This document shows positions 21,024 to 34,299 of a stretch of DNA of 64,000 nucleotides, piece after piece; positions within the stretch are counted from its first letter, which is position 1; each line of letters begins with the position of its first letter. Location of the stretch: contig CM059431.1 of assembly GCA_030390025.1 (NCBI GenBank), positions 145,082,001-145,146,000 on the forward strand, given 5' to 3'. Source of the DNA: Squalus acanthias. Lineage: Eukaryota. The notes beneath the pieces were generated by a model. That model ran no database searches. It had not been told where the DNA came from and saw nothing but the letters and a program-made list of their open reading frames with translations. The translations under genes were made by a program, and so were the position numbers.

Positions 21024-23621
21024 CTGCAGGTTAATAAAGACACCCTGTGTAAAGAACAACTGCACATCACAGTCATAAACATCACATTCAGCCTGATCAG
21101 TACAATCCCTCCCTGTACTTTTCTCTGGTGCCGGACTGGATCTGATTCACACCCGGTTTCATACACATTGAATTGTTCTGATGAATTACTGATCTTTTAA
21201 ACAAAGCCATTAAATATAACTGCGGCAACAGTTTCTAAATTTCCCCCAGTTCTTTCATCTGTGTTTCAAAAGACCCAAAGTGAAACCGGGTTCTGTAGCC
21301 GGAATCTTTTATCCGATTTCGTTGCTCAGCACAAAATGTCTTCCCACCTCTTCCATTCCTAATGTTTTTTCACCCCTCCAATCCCCACCTGCTGCTATCC
21401 TAATTCACCTCTTTGCCTTCCTTACCTCCTGCACGTTTCCTGATTCAGACCATGCATCGGTTCACCCTCATGCTCGATATCTGATTCTGCCTCTCATTCC
21501 CTTCCCACCTCTTCCATGCCTGATTACCGTCCATGTTTCCCTCTCCATCCTCTTGTATGTCTGATTTCCCATCTATCAGAAATATACATCGAAACTATTT
21601 GAAGTACACTGAATACGAGCATAATCACACAGTCCATCTGATATTACCTGCACCGAATGCAGTTACCGAGTGAAAAAATTATTCCTAAATTCCAGGCCAG
21701 CAGCCGCCCAATATTTCTCGTCAATATCCGCTCCTTTTTTCTCTCAGATGTTCATATTGAAAATGGTCCATTGTTTATCACTCGACCCGCTTGTTGTGAT
21801 CTGCCATCTCTCGCTGCCCCACATAGGTCCCGGTTGACCTTTTGAACCGCTGCATTCCTTGTGGTGATGATGCTCCTAGAATTGTGCTCGGAAGGCAATT
21901 GCAGGATCTTGACCCAACAACGATGAAGGAATAATGATCTGTGCGCAAGTCAGGCTGGACTGTGAACTTCAGTGGATATTGAAGCACCGGTATCTGAGGA
22001 CGTTGCTGCTTTTATCCTTACCAGTGGTAGGGAGAGCAGGTCTAAGCGGTGATGTCAATTTAGGCTTTGTGAATTGCTGTGGATAGTACATACTGTTGCT
22101 GGACAGTGTGGATACTAAGGACATATAATCAAGCACAATATTTTGTCTAAGAAGACGCCGAGCATTATGACTGCAGTTGTGGGTGTGTCCGTTTAAGACA
22201 AGTGTGGATGGGGAGGTGTCACAATATTGCTTAAAGAAACAGTTACAGCTGTGAGGAGGGATGATATAAGAACATAAGAACATAAGGACATAAGAAGTAA
22301 GAGCAGGAGTAGGCCTTACAGCCCCTAGAGCCTGCTCCACCATTCAATAAGGTCATGGCTGATCATCGACATCAACTCCAATTCCCCGCCTGATCTCCAT
22401 ATCCCTTGATTCTCCGAGAGTCCAAAAATGTAACTATCTCTGCCTTGAATATATGCAAAGACTCAGCATTCACAGCCCTGTGGGGCAGATAATTCCAAAG
22501 ATTCAAAACCCTCTGAGTGATGACATTCCTCCTCATCTGAGTCTTAAATGACCTTACCCATATCCTGAGACAATGTCCCCTAGTTCTAGATACTCCAGTC
22601 AGGGGAAACAACCTCTCAGCATCTACCATGTCAATCCCCTTCAGGACCGTCTATGTTTCAATGTGATCAGCTCTCATTCTTCTAAACTCCAGAGAGTATA
22701 GGCCAATTCTACTCAGTCTCTCATCATAGGACAGCCCTCGCATCCCAAGAATCAATCTAGCGAACCTTTGCTGCACCGCCTCCAAGGCAAGTATATCCTT
22801 CCTTAGATAAGGAGACCAGAACAGTGCACAGTACTCCAGGTGTGGTCTCACCAAGAACCTGTACAATTGTAGCAAGACTTCCTTACTCTTATACCTCAGC
22901 CACCTTGTAATAAATGCCAACATGCCATTTGCTTTCTTTATTGCTTGCTATACCTGCCTGCTAGCTGTCTTTGTTTCTTGCACGAGGACACACAAATCTC
23001 TCTGAACACCAACGTATGAAAGTTTCTCACCATTTAAAAATATTCTGTTTTTCTATTCTTTCTACCAAAGTGAATAACCTCACATTTCCCTACATTATAT
23101 TCCATCTGCCACCCCACTGCCCACTCACTTAGTCTATCTTTATCCCTTTGCAGACACGTTGTTTCCTCCTCAGAGCTTACTGTCCCACCTATCTTTGTAT
23201 CATCAGCAAACTTGGATACATTACATTCGGTCCCTTCATCTAGGTCATTAATATAGATTGTAAATATCTGAGGCCCCAACACTGCTCCTTGCGACACCCC
23301 ACTAGTTACAACCTTAAAAAGATCAGTTTATCCCAACTTTCTGTTTTCTCTCCGTTAACCAATCCTCTATCCAGTCTACTAAATTATCCCAAACACATGA
23401 GCCCTAATCTTGTGTAATAATCTATTGTGTGGCACCTTATCGAATGCCTTTTGGAAATGCTAATATACTACATCCTCTGGCTCCCCTTTATCTACCCTGA
23501 TAGTTACATCCAAAACACTGTAATTAATTTGTCAATCATGAGTTCCCTTTCATAAAACCATGTAGACTCTTCCTAATTATGTTATGACACCAGGTTATAG
23601 TCCAAAAGCTTTATTTGAAAT

Positions 23622-23656
23622 CACAAGCTTTCGGAGCGCTGCTCCTTCGTCAGGTG
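23622..23656 (-). ncRNA. Minimal type I hammerhead ribozyme (core intact)
   Basis: CAC-CUGACGA-aGGAGC-agc-GCUCC-GAAA-GC-UU-GUG: stem I CAC/GUG, stem II GGAGC/GCUCC, palindromic AAGCUU stem III. Confidence 0.8.
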
Positions 23657-23861
23657 AAGTGCAGAAATAAAAATGGGCACAGCATATATAGACAGAGAAC
23701 AATGGCTGTGCAGAGAACAATGCCAGACGACTACGGTTAATCTTTCTAACTGCCCTTTATCAGGGCAGTTAGAAAGATTAACTGCAGTCGTCTGGCATTG
23801 TTCTCTGCACAGGCATTGTTCTCTGTCTATATATGCTGTGCCCATTTGTATTTCTTCACTG

Positions 23862-23896
23862 CACCTGACGAAGGAGCAGCGCTCCGATAGCTTGTG
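23862..23896 (+). ncRNA. Minimal hammerhead ribozyme copy with GAAA>GAUA core mutation
   Basis: CACCTGACGAAGGAGCAGCGCTCCGATAGCTTGTG. Confidence 0.65.
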
Positions 23897-24339
23897 ATTT
23901 CAAATAAAGCTGTTGGACTATAACCTGGTGTTGTGCGACTTCTCACTTTTGTCCACCCCAGTCCAACACCGGCATCTCCGTATCATAATTATCTTATGAT
24001 TTTCTAAGTGACTTGATACCGCTTCCTTAACAATGGATTCCAGCATTTTCCCGACGACTGATATCAGGCTGACTGGCCTGTATTTCCCTGTTTTTTTCTC
24101 CCTCCTTTCTTGAATAGCAGTGTTACATTTGCGACCTTTCAATCTGCTGGGACCTCTCCAGAATCTAGGGAATTTTTGAAGATCAAAACCAATGCATCCA
24201 CTATCTCTACAGCCACCTCTTTTAGAACCCTAGGATGTTGGCCGTCAGATCCAAGGGATTTGTCGGCTTTTAGTCCCATAAATTTATCAAGTACTTTTCT
24301 CTACTTATATTAATTACATTAAGTTCCTCACCATATATT

Positions 24340-25853
24340 CATATGTCAGATGGATCCTCAAATGAGGCCGTATGCTTTGAACTAAAGATTTAAAAGGGCA
24401 ATCACACTGCAGGGAATATAATATAGACACCAAATAGTCAGAGGGAGTTAGAAGAGCAAATATGTTGGCACACTTCTGAGAAGTGCAAAAGAAATAGGAC
24501 TGTAATAGGAGGGGATTTCAACTAAATCTGATAGAATTAGTGTAAAAGATAGAGAGGGTACAGAATTCTTCAAATTAATTCAGGCTTACTTTTTTAGCCA
24601 GTACGTAGCATGGCCAACAAGACAGGGGTGGTTCTGAACTTAGTTTTAGGGAATGATGCTCGGCAGGTGAAAGGGACATCAGTAGGTAAAATGTTGGTGG
24701 TTATGATTATAATTTAGTTAGCTTTAGCCTAGTTATGGAAAAGGACGGTGATATACCATGAGTAAAGGTTTACAATTGGCGAAAGGCCATTTTTATAAGC
24801 TGTGATATGGTTTAGGAGAACAGCTGTGAACAGCTACTTGAAGGTAAATCAGTGTCAGAGCATTGAGGGGCATTCAAGGAGGAAATAGTGAGGGTTCCGA
24901 GCAAATATGTACCCACAAAGAAAAAGGTAGGGACTCCCAAATCTAGAGCTTCCTGAATGTCAAGGGACATACAGGGTAGGATAAGGTAATAAAGGGAAGC
25001 TTATGTCAAATACCGAGAGCTTAATACTGCAGAAATATAGAGGAGTATAGAAAGTACCGGGGGTAAATTAAAAAGGAAATTAGGAAAGCAAAGAGAGATC
25101 ATGAAAAAATATTGGCAATTAAAATTAAGGCAAACCCAAAGATAGTTTATAAATACATTAAGAACAAGAGAATAACTAAGGCAAGATTAGGCCCTATTAG
25201 TGACCCGATAGGTAAGTTGTGTGTGCAGGCAGAAGACTTGGCTATGGTTGTTCATTTGCGTCAGTCTTCACAAAAGAGAGCAACGATGCAGAAATGTATT
25301 TAAGGAGCAGGAGTGTGAAATATTAAATAAGATAAACATAGTGAGAAAGGTGTTTAGGATATTTGAAAGTTGATGAATAGCCAGGCCTGGATGAAATGGA
25401 TCCCAAGATATCAACAGAAGCAAGAGAGGAAATAGCGGAGGCTCTGACCATCATTTTCCAATCCTCTCTGGCTAAAGATGTGGTGCCGGAGTACTGGAGG
25501 CTGCTAACGTTGTATCGTTGGTTAAAAGGGTAGAAAAGGATAGACCGAGCAATTGCAGGCCAGTCAGCCTAACCGCGGTGAATGGGCGAATAATTGGTAA
25601 AAATTCTGTGGGACAGTATTAATCGTCATCTAGAAAGGCACGGATTAATCAAGGACAGTTAACATGAATTTGTTAAGGAAGGTCGTGCCTGTCTAACTTG
25701 ATTGTTTTTTTTGTGGAGGCAACAAGGAGGGTCGGTGAAGTTAGCGTGTTTGATGTAGTCTACATGGATTTTAGCAAGGCCTTCGAGCAGGTCTAACATG
25801 GCAGGTTTGTGAGAAAAGTAAAAGCCCATGGGATCGAAGGGAAAGTGGCAAGT
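24340..25853 (+). mobile_element. Decayed CR1 ORF2 (EN to RT), probably continuing 22130-22265
   Basis: GDFN-like motif, IKANPKIVYKYIKNKR and MDFSKAF-like motifs. Confidence 0.75.
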
Positions 25854-25957
25854 ATTGAATCTCAACTATTCAATAGCTTTGAACTACTACACAAACAAAC
25901 GGCAATCTCGCTACATTTAAAGACTATAATTGTGCTCAGTATATTCCGGATCCTTAC

Positions 25958-26017
25958 CTTGTGCTGCGGTCCCTGATTCTGGTTCCAGAGAGTCCGGGTA
26001 AGTTAGCGCTGTGGGTT
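25958..26017 (-). other. 60-nt candidate exon, module M2
   Basis: CTGCAG|...CAAG|GTAAGG. The phase 1-1 frame is open: (E)PTALTYPDSLEPESGTAAQ. Confidence 0.6.
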
Positions 26018-27479
26018 CTGCAGGTTAATGAACATACCCTGGGTAAAGATCAGTTACATCTTACAGTCATAAACACCACCTTCAGCCTGATCAGTACAAT
26101 CCCTCCCCACCCTGTTCACTGGTGCAGGACCCGATCAGAATCACACATGGTCGCATTCAGTTTAAATTGTTCTGATAAATTACTGATCTTTTATCCAAAT
26201 GATTAATCCTCTGTGTGGGAACAATGACTACATTTCCCCGCAGCTCTACCATCTGCGGTTCAGAGGACCCCGCAGTGAAACCGTGTTCTGTAGCGGGAAT
26301 CAGTTTCAGATCCTCAGTTAGATTTCATTGTTCACCATAAAATGTCTTCATCATCGGACAAAGATTGCAAATGACAAAGTTCGGTAATAATATTCTCCAG
26401 AAAATAGTCTCTAGTTAATGAATAACAGTCTGGGCCTTGATGATGGAGTTCAGACCCATGAGTATCAAGCTCCGGGTTTCAGTAGCTGGAACTGAATCAG
26501 CCAATGTCTACGGCAAACAAGTGAAAATCTGCTTCATCGGCTTGTTAACTATTAATGGTCATGATGTAATTTCACATTTTGTTTTAGTATTTCTTTTAGC
26601 AGTTTGATAGCAGATTATATTTATTATGAGACTGGGAACCTCTGAACATTAATTCACTTGCTAACCAGCACTTGTATTTAATATAAATATTAAAAGTTCA
26701 GGCTACCCCTTGGGACTGCTCCGTGTCTCAATCCCATTCCTGCTTCTCTGTGCTGCCTCTCCCCGTCTCCTTACAGCTCCCGCTGCTCGGTGTCTGAAAT
26801 TCCCGCCTTTTACCTGTCTGTTCCCCCACCGATTATATGCCTGACCTTTAATGTTTGTTTTCCCAAACCCACCGATTCCATTTCTGTATTTCTCCCTGTT
26901 TCATTCCCATCAGCTCTATGTCTGATTCTGTCGTAACTTCCCTTCCCCAGATCCACTGTCCATCTCACCTACTCCGTGCCTCAGTTTCTCTCTGCATCTT
27001 TAACCGGCTTCAACTCTACAACCGTCCTCCGGCTCTAACTACCTCCAACTAACTCTTCATTTCTTCCCCCACCTGCTGCAATACTAATTGTACCCTCGTC
27101 CTTCCTTTCCTCCCGCACCGTTACCGACCTTCCCACATCCTTTCGCTCCTTTGCTTTATTTCTGACTCTCCCTCTCCTTTCCTTTCCACCTGCCGCATGT
27201 CGGATTACCTTCCCTGCATCATTACCCATCCTGCTGCATGTCTGATTCTCCATCCACCACACACAATATATCAAAGCTATTAGAAGTACTTCCGAGTCAT
27301 ACTCAGCCCACGCATAATCCAAAAATCCATCCCATGATATCTTCACCGAATGTTGTTGCAAGTTCGAGAAATGCTGTTTATTAGAATAATCCAGCATTAA
27401 CCAGCTAGCTAATGTTTTCACTAATATTCTTTTCTGTTTGATCGCACATCTCCATGTTAAAAATTCCACTTGTCGTATT

Positions 27480-28200
27480 TTCTCTATTTTGTCGATTCAT
27501 TCGGTTCGATCTCATTCTAAAGTTCAGTATGTCCCTTGTTCCTGTTTCTCCGATCAGAGGAAATGGTTTATCTCTATCTATCCTATCGAATCTTTTTCAC
27601 ATTTTAAGCACCTCGGACAGAGCGTCCCTCAATCTTCGATACACAAGCGAATACAAACAAACTTTATGTAACCTGTCAATCTGACTACATGCCATTGATC
27701 CCCACTCTTTATCCGAACCCTATAACAATTTTTAACCCAAGTTAAAAGATTGTCTCCATTTCTAGCGTTCTAATTTTCTCAATTACTTCGGTGTGTAACC
27801 ATATCAACTGTTTTCTGCAAGACCACATAGATAACATCCACAGGCACTCGTTTGTCAACATCATAAGTGATCTCAAAATATTGAACTAGATTAGTCAGAC
27901 ATGAATGACCTTTAATAAAGCCATGCTGGCTCTCTGATCAGCTCATTTTGCTCAAATGCTCAGTCACTGGATCCATAATGACCGATTCTAGTAGCTTCCC
28001 CTCAACCGACGTTAAACTGACATGCATGTTATTCCCTAAATTGCTATCTTGCCCATCTTAAATAATGGAGTGACGACAGCAATTTCCAGTCTAACGGCAC
28101 AATTCCCGAATCAAGAAAGCTTTCAAGGATTCTAACTAACGCTTCTGCAATTTCCACCCTACTTCTTTTAATAGCTTTGGGTGGAAATCATCAGGTTCTT
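27480..28200 (-). mobile_element. Old CR1 fragments
   Basis: Antisense QHGF and CLTNL-like remnants and 3'-region remnants. Confidence 0.55.
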
Positions 28201-30840
28201 GTAATAACGGAACGTCTTTAATTATGGGGGATTTTAACAATCATATTAATTGGACAAATCAAATTGGGCAGGGCTCCCTTGAGGATGAGTTAATTGAGTG
28301 TATTAGGGATGGGTTTCTTGAGCAGTACGTAACTGAACCGACCAGGGGGCAAGCAACCTTAGAACTGATCCTGTGTAACGAGACAGGATTATTTAAAAAT
28401 GTCCTATTAAAGGATCCCCTTGGAATGAGTGACCATAACATGGTTGAATTCCATATTCAATTAGAGGGTGAGAAGGTTGGATCTCAAACATGAGTGCTAA
28501 GTTTGAATAAAGGAGACTATGAAGGTATTGAGTAGAGTGGATTGGGAAAATAGATTAAAGGGTAAGACGATACATGATCAGCGGTTTACATTTAAGGAGT
28601 TATTTTACAGCTTCCAAAAAATATATATTACACTGAGACCAAAAGGATGTAAAAGAAATGACAGTCATCCGGGGCTTAGTAAAGAAATTAAGGATAGTAT
28701 TCGACTAAAAACAAGGGTTTATAAGGCAGCCAAATCTAGTTGAAGGATAGAGGATTGGGAAAACTTTAAAAAACAGCAAAAAATAACAAAAAGATTGATT
28801 AAGAAAGGGAAGATAGATTATGAAAGTAAATTAGCAAAACATATAAAACCAGAGAGTAAGAGTTTTTACAATTATATAAAAAGAAAAAGGGTGGCTAAAG
28901 TAAATGTTGGTCTCTTAGAGGATGAGACCGGGAAATAAATGGTGGGAAATATGGAGATGGCAAATACACTGAATGGATATTTTGTATCAGTCTTTACAGT
29001 AGAGGATACTAAGAATATCCCAAAACTGGACAAACAGGGGGCTATATGGGGGGAAGAGCTAAACACGATCAAAATCACTAAGGAAGTGGTACTCGGTAAA
29101 ATAATGGGACTCAAGGCGGATAAATCACCTGGACCTGATGGCTTACATCCTAGGGTCTTGAGGGAAGTGGCGGTAGGGATTGTGCATGCATTGGTAATAA
29201 TTTTCCAAACCTCCCTGGACTCAGCAAAGATCCCGGCAGACTGGAAAACTGCTAATGTAACACACTTATTTAAAAAGGGCAGTAGACAGACGGCTGGAAA
29301 CTATAGACCGGTTAGCCTAACATCAGTGGTAGGTAAAATTTTGGAGTCCATTATTAAGGAGACAGTAACGGAACATTTGGATAATCATAATTTAATAGGA
29401 CAAAGTCAGCATGGTTTTATGAAGGGGAAGTCATGTTTGACAAATTTGCTGGAGTTCTTTGAGGAAGTAACATACAGGGTGGATAAAGGGGAACCAGTGG
29501 ATGTGGTGTATTTAGACTTCCAAAAGGCATTTGACAAGGTGCCACAAAAAAGATTATTGCTTAAGATAAAAAATCATGGGATTGGGGGTAATATTCTGGC
29601 ATGGATAGAGGATTGGCTATCTAACAGAATGCAGAGAGTTGGGATAAATGGTTCATTCTCAGACTTGCGATCAGTAACTAGTGGTGTTCCGCAGGGGTCA
29701 GTGCGGGGTCCCCAACTCTTTACAATCTATATTAACGATTTGTAGGAGGGGACCGAGTGTAACATATCAAAGTTTGCAGATGATACTAAGATGGGAGGGA
29801 AAGTAGTGAGTGAGGAGGACATAAAAAATCTGCAAGGGGACATAGACAGGCTAAGTAAGTGGGCAGAGATTTGGCAGATGGAATACAATACTTGAAATTG
29901 TGAGGTTATGCAGTTTGGCAGGAAAAATAGTAGAGCAAGTTATTATCTTAATGGCATTAAACTGGAAAGTACTGACGTACAAAGGGATCTGGGGGTCCTG
30001 GTGCACGAAACTCAAAAGGTTAGTATGCAGGTGCAGCAAGTGATTAAGAAGGCCAATGGAATGTTGGCTTTCATTGCTCGGGGATAGAATATAAAAATAT
30101 GGAGGTATTGCTTCAGTTGTACAGGGTATTGGTGAGACCGCAACTGAATACTGCATACAGTTTTGGGGTCCATACTTAAGAAAAGACATACTTGCTCTCG
30201 AGTCAGTACAAAGAAGGTTCACTCGGTTAATCCCGGGGATGAGGGGATGGTCATATGAGGAGAGGTTGGGTAGATTGGGACTATACTCATTGGTGTTCAG
30301 AAGAATGAGAGGCGATCTTATTGAAACATATAAGATTGTGAAGGGGTTGGATCGGGTGGATGCGGGGAGGATGTTCCCGATGATGGGTGAAACTGGAACT
30401 AGGGGGCATAGTCTTAGAATAAGGGGCTGCTCTTTCAAAACTGAGATGAGAAGGAACTACTTCACTCAGAGGGTGGTAGGTCCATTGAATATGCTGCCCC
30501 AAAAAGCTGTAGAAGCTACATCATTACACAAATTTAAAGCAGAAATAGACAGTTTCCGAGAAGTAAAGGGAATTAAGGGTTACGGGGAGCGGGCAGGAAT
30601 TTGGACATGAGTCTAGGTTCGGATCGGTCATGGCCCTGTGGGTAGCGTAGTGGGCCCAGGGGCCGTGTAGCCTGATCCTGCTCCTACTTCGTGTGTCCAA
30701 TTCTGTTAGGTTCAGGAGATGGTTCTGTGATAGTAGATTGGCGGTTAGGATCAGATCAGCCATGATCTTATTGAATGGCGGAGCAGGCTCCAGGGGCCAA
30801 TTGGCCTACTCCTGCTCCTATTTCTTATGTTCTTATGTCC
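28201..30840 (+). mobile_element. CR1 ORF2 (EN C-terminus to 3' end) with doubled 3' tail
   Basis: MGDFN, SDHNMV and a 268-aa RT ORF (28939-29745). Two consecutive 3' UTR-like tails at ~30600-30840. Confidence 0.93.
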
Positions 30841-31877
30841 TCGAGATGTATCTATCCAAACTTTCAATATTTTCTCCTTTAACATTTTTACAATTATGTA
30901 CACAGCAAAGTCCTCTCCTTGACTTATTTTTATTTAGCCTTCTCTCACTTGTCCTTTTCATCTGCTGTGAAAACTGACACAAAGTATTCGTTAACTAAAT
31001 CTGCTGTTACCTTGTTCGATATTACCGTATCATCTGCGGCTGTCTTTAATGGGCCACATCTCCCTCAGCCACTCTCTTGATATTAATATATTCGTACGGA
31101 TTTTTACTATTAGCTTTTATATTACTTTCAATGTGGTTTCGTATTCCCTTTTCGCGGCTCTTAATATTCTCTTTGTATCATTTGTTGTTTTCTCTGTTTC
31201 CCCAGTCCTCAGGATTACCGCTTTTCTTGACAGAGTGGGAGTCACTTCCTTTCGATTTATACTGATCTAACCGCACATGCAGACCATGGTTGTTTGATTG
31301 TACAAGTGAAATTTTACCTCCTTAGGGATATGATGTAGATGACCAGCAATGTCCTATCCACAAAATTAAAGTCAGACGGAATCAGTCCAATTACCCCACA
31401 ATGATCAGCAGAGTGACGGTGGACTCATCAATAGCGGGACCGTTACTCGCCTCGACAACAAGGCAGCATTTGACTCGGTTTGGCCACAATGAGTCCCATC
31501 ATCCTAAGGTCAATGTGGGTCAAAGAGGAAACCTTCCGTGGCTGGATATATTGGATTTCAGTAATGGTTCGGGCTGTGTTTTATGTTCAAAAGTCTTGAT
31601 CTCTAACTGTTTATTCAAAATCGTGTCATAAACTGGGAATCTATATCAATAATATTTTCAACAGCAGAATGTTAATGTGTGAAGTTACATTTGGAAGATT
31701 TATTCTATTAAATGTCGCTGCTGCAATTTCTAAAAAATAAAACAATGAGTTCTTACCTGACCCAATGTTGATACCTCAACTTTTCACTGATTGAACTATT
31801 CTGCCAGAAAATGGCACCGGGTCAGTTCTGCTACAATAAAACACTATAATGGTGCTCAGTATATTCCGGGTACTTAC

Positions 31878-31935
31878 CTTGTGCTGCAGTCCCTTATTCT
31901 GGTTCCAGAGAGAGCGTAAGTCAGCATTGTGGGTA
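31878..31935 (-). pseudogene. Degenerate copy of the 60-nt exon, module M3
   Basis: Donor GTAAGT is intact, the acceptor is mutated (CTGTAT), and the exon is 2 nt shorter. Confidence 0.55.
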
Positions 31936-32639
31936 ATACAGTATAATGAACACACCCTGGGTAAAGATCAGTTACACAGCACAGTCCTAAACCCGACCTT
32001 CAGCCTGATCAGTACAATCCCGCCCCGCCCTGTTCTCTGGTGTAGGGCTCGATCTGAATCACACACGGTCTCATTCTGTTTGAATTGTTCTGATGAATTA
32101 CTGATCTTTTAACTAAAGTAATTAATCATTTGTTTGGTAAAATGATTTAATTTCCCCCATCTGTTCCATCTGCGGTTCAGAAGACCCCGCAGGGAAACCG
32201 CGTTCTGTATCCCGATTCATATCCGTGACCTCAATTCGATTATATTGTTCACCATAAAACCAGTTTATTATCGGACAATGAAAGGGCACAGAGAGCGAGG
32301 GTCAAAGATCGCTGTTAGTTTCCTGGAATCAAACACCATAGGGAAGGGCACAGTGAGCTCTTTGTATTAACACAACACACTTCTTTGGAATTATCTTAAA
32401 TTGCGATGATATCTCTTTCTTTGTCCCGATTCTAAATCTATGGGAATGAACTACATTCGGATCACAGCTCTATTGATCTCGGTGTTAGACGAAATATAAT
32501 GTTAATCTGATCTAGATACGCTAGATTTCTTCAATTCCCGTCGCAGGAATAGTACAGGTTATTTTGCAGTGATGGTCATTTATTAGCAATAGAGTAAGGA
32601 TGATCAATTCCGGGAGATAGTATCCAATTAATGCATAAC

Positions 32640-33640
32640 AGTCTCGGCCTTGAGCATCAGGCTCCAGCTGAGAGTTTTACTCAGAAGCTGCGAGCGGAGC
32701 AGGATCAAATGTAGGTTCGCAAGGACAGGGGTGATTGATGAGCAGGCTTTTTGATGCAATTAAGTTTACAGAGACTGAAAGGAACATAGCCGGCCCAAAG
32801 AGGATTGTAAAAAACGAAACTGCAGGCGATTCAGCAGCAGGTGGGCTGAAGCAGGCCGAAGAGGAAGGAAGTTCCGGAGTTGGGAGAAGACGGTCTTTGT
32901 GAGGAGAGGAGAACGAGTCGAAAGCTCAGCTTGGCGCCAAATAGCACGCTGAGGTGGTGAATCGCCTGGTTCAATCAGAGACATTGGCTGGGACGAAGAT
33001 GGAAGAACTGGCGAGGGAACAGAATTCGTGGTGGGGCCGAGGACCATTTCGTCGATCTTTCCAGTGTTCAACTGGTGAAGTTGTAGTTCATCAAGGACTG
33101 GATGTTGGACAAGCAGCGTGGGCAAGCAGAGGCAGTGGAGGGGTCCAGAGAGGTGGTGGAGAAGTGGAGCAGAGTGTTGTCAGAGTACTTGTGAAAGCCG
33201 ACCCCCTCGGATAATGTCTCCAAGGGGCAGCATGAAGATAAGAAATAGAAGTGGGTGCAGGGAGAGATAGATCCATAAGGAATTCCAGAAGTAACAGTGC
33301 GGGAGCAGGAAGAGAAGCCGTTGATGAAGATTCTCTCTCTATAAGTGTGGATGGGTAAAAGGGGAACCAAGTGAGGGCAGTCCCACTGAGCTAGAAAACA
33401 GGAGAGGTTTTGGAGGAGGATATTGTGCTCGATCGTGTCAAAGACTGCAGAGAAGAATGAGGAGGGATAGTTTACCACGGTCATTGTCATAGAGGTTGTT
33501 ATTCGTGACTTTGATCGTCATTTTAGTGTTGTGACTTGAGCGGAATCCAGATTAGAGCGATTTAAACATGGAGTCGTGAGAAAGATGGGCAGAGATTCGG
33601 GAGGTGACAAACCATCGAGAGGAAAGGGAGGCTGGAGATG
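32640..33640 (-). mobile_element. L2-like LINE RT fragment
   Basis: SAVFDTIEHNILLQNL, VTSGIPYGS, FHKYSDNTLLHFSTTSLDPS and LQLN..K remnants. Confidence 0.75.
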
Positions 33641-34299
33641 GAGATACACATGTCTAACTCTTTACCCACGTGTCAAACTGGGCGCGTCTCTGATCAAACC
33701 CTCTCCTCTGAAATACAAAAGTCTCATTTGTGCTTTAATGTTATAGAACAAGTTAAACTCCTTTCACTGTTACATAAATTTCCACGCTGGGAATCTCCCA
33801 GTTCCACCGGAGGAGTTTCGTTGCTGCAGGCTACAGAATTAGAGCAAAGTTTCCGCAATTCTCTTTGTACCAAAATGCTTCAGAAAATGTGTCAGCGTCA
33901 TTTCCCTTTTCACACAGAATGTACAGCACAGAAACAGGCCAGTCGAACCGACTGGTCCATGTCAGTGTTTATGCTCCACATGAGCCGCCTTCCATCTCTC
34001 TTCATCTAACCCTATCATCCTAACCCTTTATTACTTTCTCCCTCATGTGTTTAATCAAGCTTGCCCATAAATGCGTCTTTTCTTTGCAGACAGGCTCTGT
34101 AACCTGGATCTTGCCTTCTCACCGACCCTGTGCCATTTACCAATGTTCCCTTGCTATAGTGTGGCCGGCTCACCGGATTTTAAAATCTGAAAAATGCGCA
34201 TGCGCGGTTTTTTGATCGTCCGCGTAGCCCCTTAAAGGGGCCGCACAACCGCAAAAATCTCAAAAAGAACAAAGCAGTACATCCGTTCTTGTTCCTCCG

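Larger units (their letters stand above)
23587..23985 (+). mobile_element. Penelope-derived palindromic insertion with two opposed hammerheads
   Basis: ~170-bp inverted arms (23587-23756 / 23762-23931) plus tail. TSD TAATTAT(G/C)TTATGA at 23574-23587 and 23986-23999. Confidence 0.9.
22265..24330 (-). mobile_element. CR1 ORF2 3' fragment
   Basis: [20 protein letters not shown] and YRPVSL motifs, with an (AAGAACAT)n tail at ~22270. Interrupted by the hairpin insertion. Confidence 0.9.

Noticed and set aside
23621..23897. Two near-identical 74-aa ORFs on opposite strands
   Set aside because: Mirror images produced by the palindrome.
25958..26017. ITIM/ITAM signalling motifs in the 60-nt exons
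   Set aside because: The Tyr is conserved (LTYPDS, INYPES) but lacks the hydrophobic +3 residue, and no transmembrane exon was seen.
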